Source: Mesotaenium endlicherianum
Lineage: Eukaryota
Length of the DNA: 64,000 nucleotides
NCBI GenBank assembly: GCA_009602735.1
Contig: WELA01000805.1
Coordinates: 218,879 to 282,878, forward strand
Direction: 5' to 3'
Positions 25,241-38,566 of this stretch are shown here, piece by piece (the first letter of the stretch is position 1; each line of letters opens with the position of its first letter). Made by a program: the position numbers and the translations under genes. The notes beneath the pieces were generated by a model. It saw only the letters and a program-made list of their open reading frames with translations, did not search any database and was not told the DNA's origin.

Positions 25241-27863
25241 GCCACTGCTTAGTTCTCACGACTTAAGGGCAGTGCTAGTCAGGTGGGACAAGTCAGGCAG
25301 AGCTAAGTATTTAAGTTTTGACAAGCTAATTCATATCATTTGTAAGAAGTAGGGCATTCTGCGTTTGGGTGTGCCCACTTGTTTGACCAAGTAAAGACCT
25401 CCTTCAGGATGTATATAAACTAGTCATGGCAAACAGAGTTGTGACGTACTTGCTGTATTGCAGTCTTGTTACTGGAGGCCCGGCACAGCCCCAGCCATCT
25501 CATATTGGAGTCATTGCGATATGCAATTATGAAGAATTGCAATTGATACTAATACAAGGGAAATTGCTGTGAGTGTGGTTCCTTGTGTTGTGTGGCCACT
25601 TTTACTGTGCGAATCCCTTGGCGTCGACTACTTGCCTTTGAATCGTTTCCCTTGTTTTCCTATATGAATGTAAGATAATGGTGGATGATAAGTAAAGGCA
25701 TAATAGCAAGATGATTTACACTAGGCTTCTTGCAGCTGAGCATGTTTGTCAAATCATAGGTTGCTAAGAGTTAGACAAGGTATGTACAAGGCCAAAGGTA
25801 GTCCAACAAGCTTATCTTGCATTTGCATGGGTGCTTAGAATATGCATAGAAATATTCGATTCAAACTTTTCCAGCGACTTGAACCCTTGAAGCATGCTTA
25901 AAGTGGAAGAATTATGTACGTGGTATGATATGAGCTTCCCTTATAGAAAGCATCAGTCAGGCCACTCACAACCCTCGCAATGGACTACGAATTTGGTGTA
26001 ATTAGATTTTGAGTATCATAATTTGTAGCTACGCCATTGACCCTTCCACGTAAGTCACAATTAGGTGTGTTGGTCACTCCTAACTCTGCAGTGTTGGACA
26101 ATGTTAACATCTTGTTGACTGTGAACAAACGCAATCAACTGTTACACGCGATCAAAGTTTCAAATTTCTTTCTCACTAGAGTAACTCGAGTTATTCCTTC
26201 AATTCTAAGTCACGCATGTCCATGAAATTGACACGTGTACTCTCATAACTGCGATTAGTGTGCGAGGTCCAAAAATTAAAAAGTTGCATATTCCACTACT
26301 AGGTTCACAACTTGAATTCTTTGGTCTAGAGGGAGGTTGTGTCATCGGTGTGAAGTTCCTTTGACGCATTTATAATTGTAGCAAAGCAAGCAAAGAGGTA
26401 ACCGTGACTATGCAATTCATTGTACACATTACACCTCCATAGTTGCACCAATTGGCGTGCTATGGCGCAACTTAATGCGTGCGTGAATGTCGAGCATAGC
26501 CAGCACTGTCGAGATTGTCGACAAGATGGATGGTGCTAGCATCAACAAAATGCGTTACGCTGCGCACGCGCAAACGCGTGCACCCTTGCGCTATTAATCC
26601 TCCTGAATTGTGTGCTTCTCTGCGCAAGTCAAGTGCATTTCTACCATGGGCGCATACTTGTTGCAAAGTCTCCAATTTCATTGATTTCTTTCGTCCAAAT
26701 TGCAAGTCGTGCGCAGTGGGCGTCAAAAGTTCGCATTCGTTTGCAAAAGACAGCGTATGATTGAACATATGGCACAAGGCAGCACAATGCGGCGCAGCGT
26801 GACGCCACCTCTGCTTATTTGCCGCCCCCATGTCTGTTTGATTGTGACCAATTGCAATGCTAACAATTGCAATAAAAATATACGACATTTGTTAAAAAGG
26901 CGCTAAGTGAAGCCCAATTACTGATTACAGTTGCTAAGGGACGCAACTAAGCCTCAAATATTGATTTTTGTCGGCTTGTCAATTGATTATTTTCACAAAG
27001 AAAGCCCTCCAAAAAAAAAAGAGTTAGCAGCCCATAATTTCTACCACCAATTGTTGCAACTCAGTGGACCAAGTCCAACGTGGCTGTCCACATCACCCAT
27101 TCAAGGGTGGCAGGCTTGTCGTCGTCACACGTTATAATTCTCGTAACAAAGTCAAGTTAGGATCCTCACCCTGGTTCACTTCCATGTTAACCTTGTTCGG
27201 TTGACTTTGCCTACATTTATGGAGTCAACATTGAATCTGAATTGTACTTTGACTCGCCGCACGTATCTGACAGACACTGCTCTCTAATCGTGACACATAT
27301 GTTGCGTAAATTTTCGGTGAAGTACAATCTTTGGCACCATCATTAAAAGCCTTTGCGCAAATCAATTTAATTGTAGTCAATTGCATTGAACTTTAATATG
27401 GCGCAAATAAACATTGAGACAAGGACTTTCACAAACCAACTTGCAAGTTTGACTAGAAAATTTACATTATTATTTTGGGAAACGTTGCAATAGTTAGCAC
27501 CCTATGGATGTTGTGTAACAATCTAGCTCTTTAGGCGTATTACCTAAAATTCGCTATATTTTTTACTTGTTAAAGATTGCATATTTGTTAAATTATTCAA
27601 CACACACGTGTGCCGACTAATTCCGAATTGAGTGGCGATACAACCAAATTGCTATTGCAAGAACAATCGTAAAGAAACTCGATTTCTTTGCAAAAGTATA
27701 ATGTAATTAATCATGAAATTAGCTTGATTATTTATGGCAGACTAGTTCAATAAATTACGAATTAATCAACTTATTTTGACTTTTATTATTTCAAATAATG
27801 ACTGTCATTGTTTTCAAATAACGACGGTCGTTAACCCAAAAGAAAACTCCAATTGTGACCTAA

Positions 27864-28037
27864 GGGAGCCACCGGTCGGAACCAAACCCGTGACCTCTTG
27901 GTCGGCGTGGCGCGCTTCCGCGAACAGTCGTAAATGTCAAACAAAACTAATCTTGCAAAGCTACTTTGCAACCGTGAGGATTCAAACCCTCGACCATTCG
28001 TTTGGTTCCTTCACACCAGACCCAATGGCCAAACGGG
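27864..28037 (-). other. Two degenerate tRNA-like / Pol III promoter-like motifs (SINE-like relics)
   Basis: Minus strand 28037-27967 has an A-box-like TGGCCATTGG and GGTCGAGGGTTTGAATCCTC (B-box-like). 27930-27864 has GAGGTCACGGGTTTGGTTCCGACC. No acceptor stem or anticodon arm. Confidence 0.3.
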
Positions 28038-28835
28038 TATTTATAGCTACCGGTTCATGTCAGATGAACACGTACGCGACCATGCAAGCAATTTCGACTT
28101 TTCAAAAAATTGCGTGATCGCAAAAACGCCTGTTTGGCGTTAGACAATTTTTCGGAAACAATTGTGAAATCTCCAAACGGCCAAGCGGCGCATTTTGAGT
28201 ATTCGGCAGTACGGGTTATTATCGTTTGACCGTTTTTGTTGAACATGAACCGTGCCCTAGGCGGTGACTCGAAGCACTCCAGTGCCTCACATTGTGCGAG
28301 TATGTATACTTGCCAGAGTCGTTGTAAGTACAACTTTCACAAGCACACAATCTACTACAATTTTCATTTTCGCATTCTCGAGAATTGTCAATTATTTCAA
28401 AGTTATCGTTATTTTTTTCATTAAGTGTTAAATAATCCTTGAATACCAAGCAAAGATCATCGAGAAAGCAAAAATGTTACACGTTGTGTCTATTCGTGTC
28501 GACGTCACCTGCACAAGTGTTGGTGGTGTGCACGTACGTTGTCGACCTGGTCGACCATTAACGGTTACCTTCGCACACGTATCGTAGATCAAATTAATCT
28601 ATGAAAGTAAACTTTTCACGTGTGTTGGTGGATGTTCAAGTCCTGTTGATTCTGCACCTTTGTTGACCTGGTTGACAAAGGCCAAAGTTCTTAGTTAGCA
28701 GCCTTAATGTTTACATACCAAGCTTACTCCCAATACTTCTCTCCATAACAATTATTTCTTTTTCAAAATGAATTGGGTGTCTTCAATCTCTCTTAATGGT
28801 TCAGGTGACTACTACTTTTGAGCGAACTCTTTGCC

Positions 28836-29579
28836 TGTAAGGTCATAGGTTCATAAAGTGCATTTTTGAGTTTCATGAAAGTATATCTTGATTGTATAGA
28901 ACTGTAGAGTGCATTTTTGTGATTATTTTGATATAAAGTTCATCGAATTTGGTCAAGTATTGAGAGAGTTACGGATTTCCGAAGTTTAATTAGTTTTGAG
29001 GTCGGTAAACGACTGTCCTTAATTCGCGGTGAGCACGACCGTCGGATTGACCGACAGCGTCGAGCGATCTGGCCTGTTAGAATGAACTCGAACCTTCACG
29101 TAAGTTCGGCTGACGCGGAGTGCCGACTAGGTCGATATACCTAGAAGTTTCAGTTTAGCCTAGCGCGTCTAAGATAGAATATTCTAGTAATGTCGATGCA
29201 TGTATGTGGACGTCAATTCGGCCCAACACGTCAGATGAGACCGATCTGGCTTACTCACGAATATTTTGGAAGGAACGATTTGACAAACACTTAGGACAAT
29301 CCGTAGCTCCCTCCTAGAGAGGAGCACTTAGGCAAAAAATTATAAATAGGCATAACTTCTTTGTTTCTTATGAGTTTTCACTTCTGTAAATTTCTACGCG
29401 TTTGTAATGACAAGACCTTTCATCCTACACCATTTGTGAGCATTTTCTTGCCACTCAAAATGTTAAGTAATTTTCCTAAGCTTTCTTAGCAATATGCAGC
29501 TGCACTCTTTAGTATGATTGCAACTAGTTTCTTTCCTCGTGAGTTACTACGCTTCCGCTAGGGCACTCTGCCCCTTTCA
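28836..29579 (+). repeat. 5' LTR of element A
   Basis: TGTAAGG...CCCCTTTCA, 744 bp, TATA-like TATAAAT at 29341; direct repeat of 34234-34976. Confidence 0.95.
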
Positions 29580-29616
29580 TCTGGTATTGGAGCTGGGCTA
29601 GTTTGCATATTATATT

Positions 29617-30644
29617 ATGGAGTCGCAACCAGCAACTGGAGGAGGCGAACATGTCGAGCATGTTGAGCGCGTGGGGCGGACGGCACCACCTTTGTCAAGG
29701 GAGCAACAAGAGATGCAGGCGATGTTGAGGCAGATGGCAAACGCAATTGGAGGAGAAGTCTACACACAGTTTCAACAAAATATGCGCCAGGAGGTGGAGA
29801 GAATGGTGCGAGTTGTTATGGAGAACGTCGCTTCGACGGGTTCGGCACCTGCACCTGTTGTGCCACCAATTCATGTTAACCCAGTGGTGCAGCCAGTTAT
29901 TCCACCCGCATCGGGAGTGCGTGCGCCTAAGCCTGAAGTGCATAAAGGAGAGCGTGAATTGCCGCTTGTTCATCAATCGATTCTGGATTGAAGAAGTTTA
30001 CGGAGTATTCTGCGCTCACGCCCGACTGGCAAGTCGCCTTTGTCATAACTTTGCTGCAGAAGAGTGCTGGAGCTTGGTACGAACAAGAAGAGAAGCTGTC
30101 TGGAGCACTTGCTACTGTTGATCAGCTATTTGAAGACTTGAAGAGGAAATTTCAACCTATTGCACCCGAGGCTATTGCTCGAGATCTATTGGTGCCCCTT
30201 CGTCAACGAGGAAGCGTTCAAGAGTATGTATCGCGCTTCAACGGGCTGGTACTTCAATGTCCATCCATGCACAAGTCGGAGATGATGGACAAGTTCAAGA
30301 GGGGACTCAAGCCAACTGTGGCCAAGGAAGTGGCGCTCAAGGACCCTACCAGTCTTGGAGAAATGATGGCATTGGCAACAAGGGTCGACGCTGTGGAGTA
30401 TAGTCAGAGGCAGTGGGGCAGCCACAACTTTGGAGGATATTGACATTTTGGACCTCAAGCGCCAAGCACGGGTGTTCAAGGTCCAGTACCTATGGAGTTG
30501 GGACTTGTTCAAAACTAGCGCAGGCAGCAGAATTTTAAGCCAAGAGGACCCTGCTATAATTGTGGCAAGCTTGGGCATCTGGCTCGAGACTGTCGTGTGA
30601 AGGCGATGCAATCTCAGCAACAGGAAAAAGGAGGACGCCAGTAA
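29617..30644 (+). pseudogene. gag: gag of element A (frameshift near 29950, stops at 30441 and 30516)
   Basis: AGAWYE...LRQRGSVQEYVSRF...FKRGLK retrotransposon gag domain, PVPMELG motif, zinc knuckle CYNCGKLGHLARDC (30552-30593), TAA 30642-30644. Confidence 0.9.
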
Positions 30645-33600
30645 GTCGTTCTGGGGTGTCTACTGGCGTGAAGATGGGAATCCACAAGGAGGTTATACCC
30701 AGGAGCCTGCCGAGAAGTGAAAGACGAGTCGTTGACAAGCCTATTATCGTGGAAGGAGTGGTCGACGGCAACAAGGCGAAGTGTATGGTCGACAGTGGCG
30801 CAAGTGCAAATTTTGTGCACAAGAAGCTGGTGAAACAGTGGCGAATCCCTGTGCAGAAGCATTATGAGCCTAAGGAGGCAATTTTGGCCAATGGGCAGAA
30901 ACTCAAGTGTGTTGCACCTACGGAAGCTATTCACGTGGAAGTAGCGGGGCACCGGAGTACTGAAGTTATGGAGCAGGCAGAGTTAGGTCACCATGAGGTG
31001 ATATTGGGCCGACCATGGCTGACGAAAGCCAACCCTCAAGTGCACTGGAGCACAAGACAAGTGAAAGTCCAAGGGCGTGATGGTCGAATGGAGACAGCGA
31101 AACAGGTGGAGGTAGATACGACCACAAGTAACTGTCTTCTGTCGAGCCTGCAAGTTAAGAAGCTATGCAGGGCGAATCAGGTGAAGGAGATGTACCTTGT
31201 TTCGGTGGCCCTGGCCAGGTCATCAGATGGAGCAAGCGTGAATCCTAACAGCCTGGGCGAATGTACATCGCCGGAGGAGCAAGTAGTGGTGTCTGATCCC
31301 CTTGCTCAGAAGGAGCAGAGCCCAACTGCTCAAGAGAAGAAGCCTGCTGAGATGCCTGCCCAAATTAAGGCGCTGTTGGAGGAGTTCAAGTGCGTGTTTC
31401 CTGAGGAGCTACTTGCAGGATTACCTCCACAGAGAGCTATGGAGCACAAGATCGAGTTGGAACCAGGGAGCAAGCCACCAGTGAGACCCGCCTATCGACA
31501 ATCGTTTGCGGAGTTGGACGAGTTGCAAAAGCAGCTGACAGAGTTATTGGAGAAGGGATTCATCCGACCCAGCGAGTCTCCATTTGCAGCGCCAGTCTTA
31601 TTTGTGAAGAAGAAGGATGGGACTATGAGGATGTGTGTCGACTACCGGGCTCAACAAGGTCACCNAACAAGGTCACCATCAAGAACGGGGACCCACTTCC
31701 ACGAGTGGACGAGTTAATTGACAGGCTTGTCGGGGCAAAGTATTTCTCGAAGATCGACTTGAGGAGTGGCTATCACCAGGTACGGATTGTGGAAGGAGAC
31801 GTTCAGAAGATTGCTTTCAGGACTCGCTATGGTTCATTCAAGTTTACAGTCATGCCTTTTGGGCTGACTAATCCACCTGCTACATTTATGGGACTCATGA
31901 ATAGTATGATGTATCTTCAGACCCTACTTGGACCAGTTTGTGGTGGTATTTTTGGACAACATCCTGATTTATTTAAAGACCTTGGAAGAGCATATGGAGC
32001 ATCTGAGGAAGGTGTTGGAGGTCTTGAGAGGTCAGAAGCTGTATGGGAAGATGAGCAAGTGCGACTTCTGTCTCAAGGAAGTGGAGTTTCTTGGACATAT
32101 AGTGGGAGCTAAAGGAGTCAAAGTGGAACAGAAGAAGGTGCAAGCAGTCAGAGATTGGCCGGTACCTGCTAATATTCATCAACTCAGGAGTTTCCTCGGC
32201 ATGGCAAATTATTACCGACGTTTCATTGAAAAATTAGCCAAGGTGTGTGCACCGCTCACGGACATGTTGAAGAAGCAGGAGAAGTGGCTATGGGGTGACA
32301 AGGAGCAGCAAGCTTTTGAGAAGTATAAGGAGCTGTTGACACAGGCACCTGTGTTGGCAATTGCCAGTCCAGAGCTTCCTTTCACCATCATCACGGACGC
32401 ATCAAATTTCGCAGCGGGAGCCATTCTTCTCCAGGACCAGGGCAAAGGATTGCAACCTGTGGCATATGAGAGCAGGAAGTTGAGTCCTGCTGAGCAAAAC
32501 TATGCAGCACACGAGCGGGAGATGTTGGCTATTATTCAGACTTTGAGGAATTGGCGATATATATCGACGGCCGGACGGTGTTCGTCAAGACTGACCACAA
32601 CAGCTTGGAGAAGTTTATGACGCAGCCAACATTGACTCCAAGACAGGCAAGGTGGATGGAGTTTCTGCAACAGTTTGACCACAAGATTTACTTACCTGGG
32701 AAGATCAACCCTGGAGACGCTTTATCCAGGAGGTGTGACCTTGCAGCTGTCTCAGTCATCAAGGAGAATATGGACTTCAAGGAGAAGCTCTAGAGAGGTT
32801 ATGAGGAGGATCTAGAATTTGCTGATGGTGGAGCAGCTGAGTCCAACTCGAGTATGCAGAAAGACGGCATATGGTATGGTGATTCCAAGAGAGTGGTGGT
32901 ACCTGACATCAAGGAACGACGCGACTTACTACTTGCGGAGCAATCATGATTGATTATATGCTGGGCACTTTGGAAGCGAGAAGACGGCAAGTGTGCTGAA
33001 GCGTGAATACTATTGGGGAAATATGGACAAGGACATTGAGGAATGGATCAGGAGTTGCGTTGCGTGCCAGCGTAACAAGACACCAAATCAAAAGAAGGGA
33101 GGTACCTTGCAACCCCTACCTATTCCAGAGTATCCTTGGGAGCAGATTGCTATGGACTTTATCACATCTTTACCAGTGAGTGGTCAAGGACACGATGCAG
33201 TTTGGGTTGTATCTTACCTGCTCAACTAGATGGCTCACTTTATTCCCATGAAGGAGACTTCTACGGCAGCGGATGTGGCACGGCTATCCTTTGATTATAT
33301 TTTTAGGCTACATGGGTTGCCGAAGGTTATTGTTTTAGATCGGGATCCAAGGATTACTAGCAACTTTTGGCGGTCATTGTTTACTTCGATAGGGACCAAG
33401 TTGAGTATGAGCACTTCCTATCATCCTCAGACAAACGGCAGAGTGAGAGGCTCAACAGAACTTCGCAAGAGGTGCTCAGGAGTTTCACTATGGAGGACCC
33501 TTCAGAGTGGGACACCAAGCTACCAAGGTTGGAGTTTGCCTACAACAACAGCATGCAGGGATCCACCAAGCAGTCACCATTCGCTATGGTTTATAGAAGA

Positions 33601-34246
33601 GAAGTATATCATCCAGGGAACATCTTGTTGGAGAAGGCCATGGAAACTCAGGTTCCTACTACACAAGCGTTTATGGAGCAAATGGCCAAGACTTGGGACA
33701 TGGCTAAGATGTCTATATTGAAGGCAGAAGAGGAGCAGGTCAAGCATGCTAACAAGCACAGGAGGGACATTCCATGTGGGCGACAGAGAACTCTTGTCAA
33801 CAGAGAACCTACCTTTCACAGGCAAGAGGAAACTGCGGGCACAGTTTACAGGTCCCTTTGTGGTGCTCAAGCAGGTTAACCCAGTGAGCTACAAGTTGGA
33901 ACTTCCTTCAGGGTGGCGTATCCAGGATGTGTTCCATGTCAGTTGTTTGCGGCCATACGTTGACCCAAATGAAGGACATCCAGGACGACTACCTACACCG
34001 CCACCACCGGTCGAGATTGATGATATATTGGAGTATGAAGTGGAGGCGATTGTCGGCGATCGACGAGTCAAGCGAGGGCAACAACTTGTTCAAGAGTATC
34101 TGGTCAAGTGGAAGGGCTACCATGCGGCCAACAACACTTGGGAGCCAATAGCCAACTTGACTCATTGGTATAGTAAGTTGAGGCGTTATCTACAGAATGC
34201 GTCGAGGACGTCGCATCTTGAGGAGGGGGATGATGTAAGGTCATAG
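30623..34246 (+). pseudogene. pol: pol of element A (protease, RT, RNase H, integrase, chromodomain), interrupted
   Basis: MVDSGAS protease; [55 protein letters not shown] RNase H; AMDFIT, DRDPRI, HPQT integrase; GPF; YEVEAIV...YLVKWKGY...NTWEP chromodomain. Several stops and frameshifts. Confidence 0.95.
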
Positions 34247-34976
34247 GTTTATAAAGTGCAATTTTGAGTTTCATGAAAGTATATTTTGATTGTATAGAAG
34301 TGTAGAATTTACTTTTGTGATCATTTTGATATAAAGTTCATCAAATTTGGTCAAGTATTGAGAGAGTTACAGATTTCCGAAGTTTAATTAGTTTTGAGGT
34401 CGGTTGACGACTGTCCTTAATTCGCGGTGAGCGCGACCGTCGGATTGACCGACAGCGTCGAGCGATCTGGCCCGTTAGAATGAACTCGAACCTTCACGTA
34501 AGTTCGGCTGACGCGGAGTGCCGACTAGGTCGATTTACCTAGAAGTTTCGATTTAGCCTAGCGCGTCTAAGATAGAATATTCTAGTAATGTCGATGCATG
34601 TATGTGGACGTCAATTCGGCCCGACACGTCAGATGAGACTGATCTGGCTTACTCACGAATATTTGGAAGGGACGATTCGACGAACACTTAGGAAAATCCG
34701 TAGCTCCCTCGTAGAGAGGAGCACTTAGGCAGAAAATTATAAATAGGCATAACTTCTTTGTTTCTTATCAGTTTTCACTTCTGTAAATTTCTACGAGTTT
34801 GTAATGACAAGGTCTTTCATCCTATACCATTTGTGAGCAGTTTCTTGCTACTCAAAATGTTGAGTAATTTTCCTAAGCTTTGTTAGTAATATGCCGCTGC
34901 AATCTCTAGTATGATTGCAACTAATTCCTTTCCTCGTGAGTTACTACGCTTCCACTAGGGCACTCTGCCCCTTTCA
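34234..34976 (+). repeat. 3' LTR of element A
   Basis: 743 bp, follows the PPT, followed by TSD TTGCC; scattered substitutions relative to the 5' LTR. Confidence 0.95.
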
Positions 34977-37091
34977 TTGCCCATGTCAACAAACTCACAA
35001 ATTTTGTAATCTGCAAAATCCAATTGCAAGCAGTGCAAGCATTGACAAGTTTCAAAGAAATTTGCGTTCCTAGGCTTTTGTAATACTTTTCTCAAAGTAC
35101 AAACTTGCAAACATCTGGAACCTACAGCAACCTATTAGTATTTGGCAAAATATTTTTTGCTCTTTGCCACACTCATCAGATTTTCACTATGATATTTGTC
35201 CATTCTCCACTGAAAGCATAATTCTAGCATTTTTTTCTCGCAAAAGGACTTCTGTGGATCTTCGAGCAGCTTAAAGAATCAACGCGAACAATGAGTAGGA
35301 CTCAGCTGTTCATCTCTAGCTTCTATCTCTCTTTGATATATAGACACTGCTTTTGCACGACCAAATTTCGCAACCATATTTTTGGTTACGAAGGAACCAA
35401 ACACAAGATTTCTCACAATTTCTCCAGCCAATGTTAGCTGAGTTGTCGCGTCTGCAAAAATTCCATTCAGATTATCTTTCTAAGCATTGAGATCCAATTT
35501 TACTATCATGCTCTTTTGGCTCCTCTCCGATTGTATTGAAGTCGCAGACAATTTTCAATCAAGACAAGCATATCTATCGCAAAAACAAGGGTAGTGTTTA
35601 CCACTCTTTCTGTAAACTAAGCATTTTGGTTTGGTTTCTGTAACCTTACTTTAAGTTTTTAGGTTCTTTTTAATCTTCGAATGCTCATTTCGGATTAGGT
35701 TGTCATTCTTCTGAAATTGTTGATAGAGCAGGAAAGCATCATCGGTTAAGAACTAACCGAATTCATGAGGGCCAAAGACTGCGTGTAAGAGGGCATCTTC
35801 TTGGATCCTCTCAAAGAATGATGTTAAACATATTGCCTCAAACTCCTTATGAGCAAAAAAGTTGTTATTGGCTTATCTGCTGAAGTATATTAGCAACAAC
35901 TTAGCCACGAGATTCGAATCCCTATTATCACTAGTCATCTAGACTGCTGACTCTAAAGCAAACGTTTAGCCATCTGTCCTACTTTGGTGTACGATATTGC
36001 AATTTCTTTTCAGGAATCTTTCTGGTAATGAAGTCATATAGTCATTTGTCTTGCGACGTCTGCGGTTCCCACGGGTCGTCAAGTGGTTTATAACGTGTCA
36101 CTCTGTGGTTTGCTTTCGCCAGAATCTTGCATAGGCTTTACTACGTATACAAATTTCTTAGAGATACTGATGAAGTTACTTATTCTAAGCAGCCTCTTTG
36201 CCCATGTCGACTAGTTTGCACCATTTCTAATTTGCAAAAATCAACTGCAAGCAGAGCAAAAATCGATAGAGATCAAAGATAGTTACCTTTCGAGTCTTTC
36301 ACTTCACTTTTCTTGAAGTTCAAGCTTGCAAAATTGTTGTAATGAATCAGTATATTGGTTGACATAATATTCATTTAAATAATATAGTTAAATAAGTACA
36401 GACTGCTGAACTCTAGTTAATAATCAGTCTGCTGGACTTTATATTTAATATCAGTTTAATGACTTGGCCGGAAGTGGCAGGCTGAGGTCACCTTAAGTCA
36501 GGTTGCTGACACATTCATTGACAGCCAGCTGACTTCCGTACTCGGTAGCAGCGAGCTGCCTCGATATGCATCTAAGGGTGGTATGCTAGATGAATGGCCA
36601 GATGACATCCCTATGATGGATGGCGATTCGGGATGATGGGAGATGGCGGTGGATTTGGTTAACCGAGGTCCTACCAACGTGGTTAACTCCCGGGTAGGCG
36701 GTGCCATCGCACTGACCGTTGAACAGTAAACTCATTCCATGTACATATGCTAGGCATTGCTCTCGAGTTCGGCATTCGGAAACGAGGCCAACTCCCTTGT
36801 ACAGCTGACTGAGAGAGATCTGAATCCAAGGCGAGAAGCCATTGATACGCACTGTCTTCTAACCTTGCTTATATATGAGTTTACTAATTTGCATCATAGA
36901 TGCTAGTTTACTCGCATTTGATTCACGAGTATTATTCACTGCTAGTGTATTGTCCTTTGCCGTTGAACCAATTAACGGAAATACCACAAAGATTACTTGC
37001 TGATATAAAGATCTTTGTTAATTGTTAATCGCCTATTTGGTAAGTCGATTCATTTCAGTGGTATCGGAGCAGTTATCACAGTCTTCTTTGT

Positions 37092-38566
37092 ATGGTAAGG
37101 ACAAGGTCTCAAACTAGCAACTCCCGAGACATGGAAAACCAGGATAACGAGAATGTCGAAAACCAGGCGGAAAGCCATGTAGCGGGAACCCGTACCTATT
37201 CTGAAGCAGTAGCAGATACTGCAGCTAGGGAGGCTGAGGCAGCTGCTATTGCCGCAGTCGCAGCACAGCAAGCTGAGGAGGAGAGGGCCAGGCTAGAAGC
37301 TGAACAAGTAGCAAAGGCCGCTGAAGATACAGAGAGGAGGGAAAGACAGCCAGCTGACGAGCGCACTGTCGAGGAACTCATGGCATCAAGGGCCAATGTT
37401 CTGAACCCACCTCCTGCTGTACAACTCAATGTACCCCTAGGTCAAATACGTGACCGGCTGAATGCGGCAAGAATTGCTGCTGCAGGAGCAAGAGGGACTG
37501 TTGAGGACACTCTACTCAGCGAGTAGAGGTCAATGCTGCTGCTGCATTTGCTAATCTACCACCCCAGAGTGTAGACTTGGGAGCATTGTTCGTTCAGATG
37601 CAGTCGCAAATGGCGACCATGTATCAGTCCCAGCAGGAGAACAAAAGAATCATAATGTCCCTACTGCGGGACAGAGACCAACTGGGGTCTCACACCACTA
37701 GTGGTGGTGGCCGAGGGCCTAGTAAGCCCAAGCCGAAACCTCCCCAGGACTATGATCCTGAGGGAAACAGAAAATTTTACCTGATCAAGTTTCTCGAGGA
37801 TGTTGAGCAGTGGCTGGAGAACTACCCAGAATTGCAAGATTACGAGAAGGTCAGGCACACCGGTGCGCTACTGAAAGGCAGTGCCGCAGACTGGTGGCTT
37901 TACTGGAAGGAAGAGCGTAAGGTTCGGCAACTCGGTGACCCCACGTGGGTAGAGTTTGTCGAGAAGTTGCATGAGAAGTTTGATGTCATCAACCAGCAGG
38001 AGAAAGCTATCTATGCGATGATGTCCCTGACACTGAAGCAGACCACTTCAGTTGCTGAGTTTGCTCAAAAGTTCCAAGAGAACATGATGAAGCAGCCAGA
38101 TTTGCCAGAACGGTATAGGATAGCATACTTCAGGTATGGCTTGAAATCCGAGGTCTCAGGTCATTTTGCCGAGAAAAAGTATGAAAAACTGGCTGACTTA
38201 ATCCAGGATGCGGACGCCTGGGATCAGCAGCAGTTCAATCACAAGCGCCAGAGTAACGCTTTGGTGTCTAAGATTGTCAAAAAGCCCCACGGTTCCTACA
38301 ATGCAATTGAAGGAGACCAGGCTGAGGATAATCAGGGTGATGAATATGAGTATGAGTACAGTGCTATACAGTCTAGAGGTAGAGGTGGTTCCTCTCGAGG
38401 TGGCTATGGAAGGGGTGGTGGTAGGACTAAGCCGAGACCAGCCTCAGCAAAATCTACTTGCTACCATTGTCAGCAGAAAGGCCACTACCGAGAACAGTGT
38501 CCGGTCAAGCACCTGCCAAAGGTCGAGAGAAAAGACCAGCCTTTAAAAGACAGCAACAGTCAGTAA
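37092..38566 (+). pseudogene. gag: gag of element B (one frame break near 37525)
   Basis: MVRTRSQ start; LLKGSAADWW, LKQTTSVAEF, YFRYGLK gag domain; RGG-rich segment; zinc knuckle CYHCQQKGHYREQC. Confidence 0.9.

Larger units (their letters stand above)
28836..34976 (+). mobile_element. Ty3/gypsy chromovirus LTR retrotransposon, element A (full length, degenerate)
   Basis: LTRs 28836-29579 and 34234-34976 (TG...CA). TSD TTGCC at 28831-28835 and 34977-34981. PBS TGGTATTGGAGC 29582-29593 (tRNA-iMet type). PPT GAGGAGGGGGATGA 34220-34233. Domain order gag-PR-RT-RH-IN-chromo. Confidence 0.97.

Noticed and set aside
36498..36852. ORFs repeated at 43692-44046 (likewise 58073 and 62112)
   Set aside because: They recur only because they lie inside LTR pairs; no coding signature.
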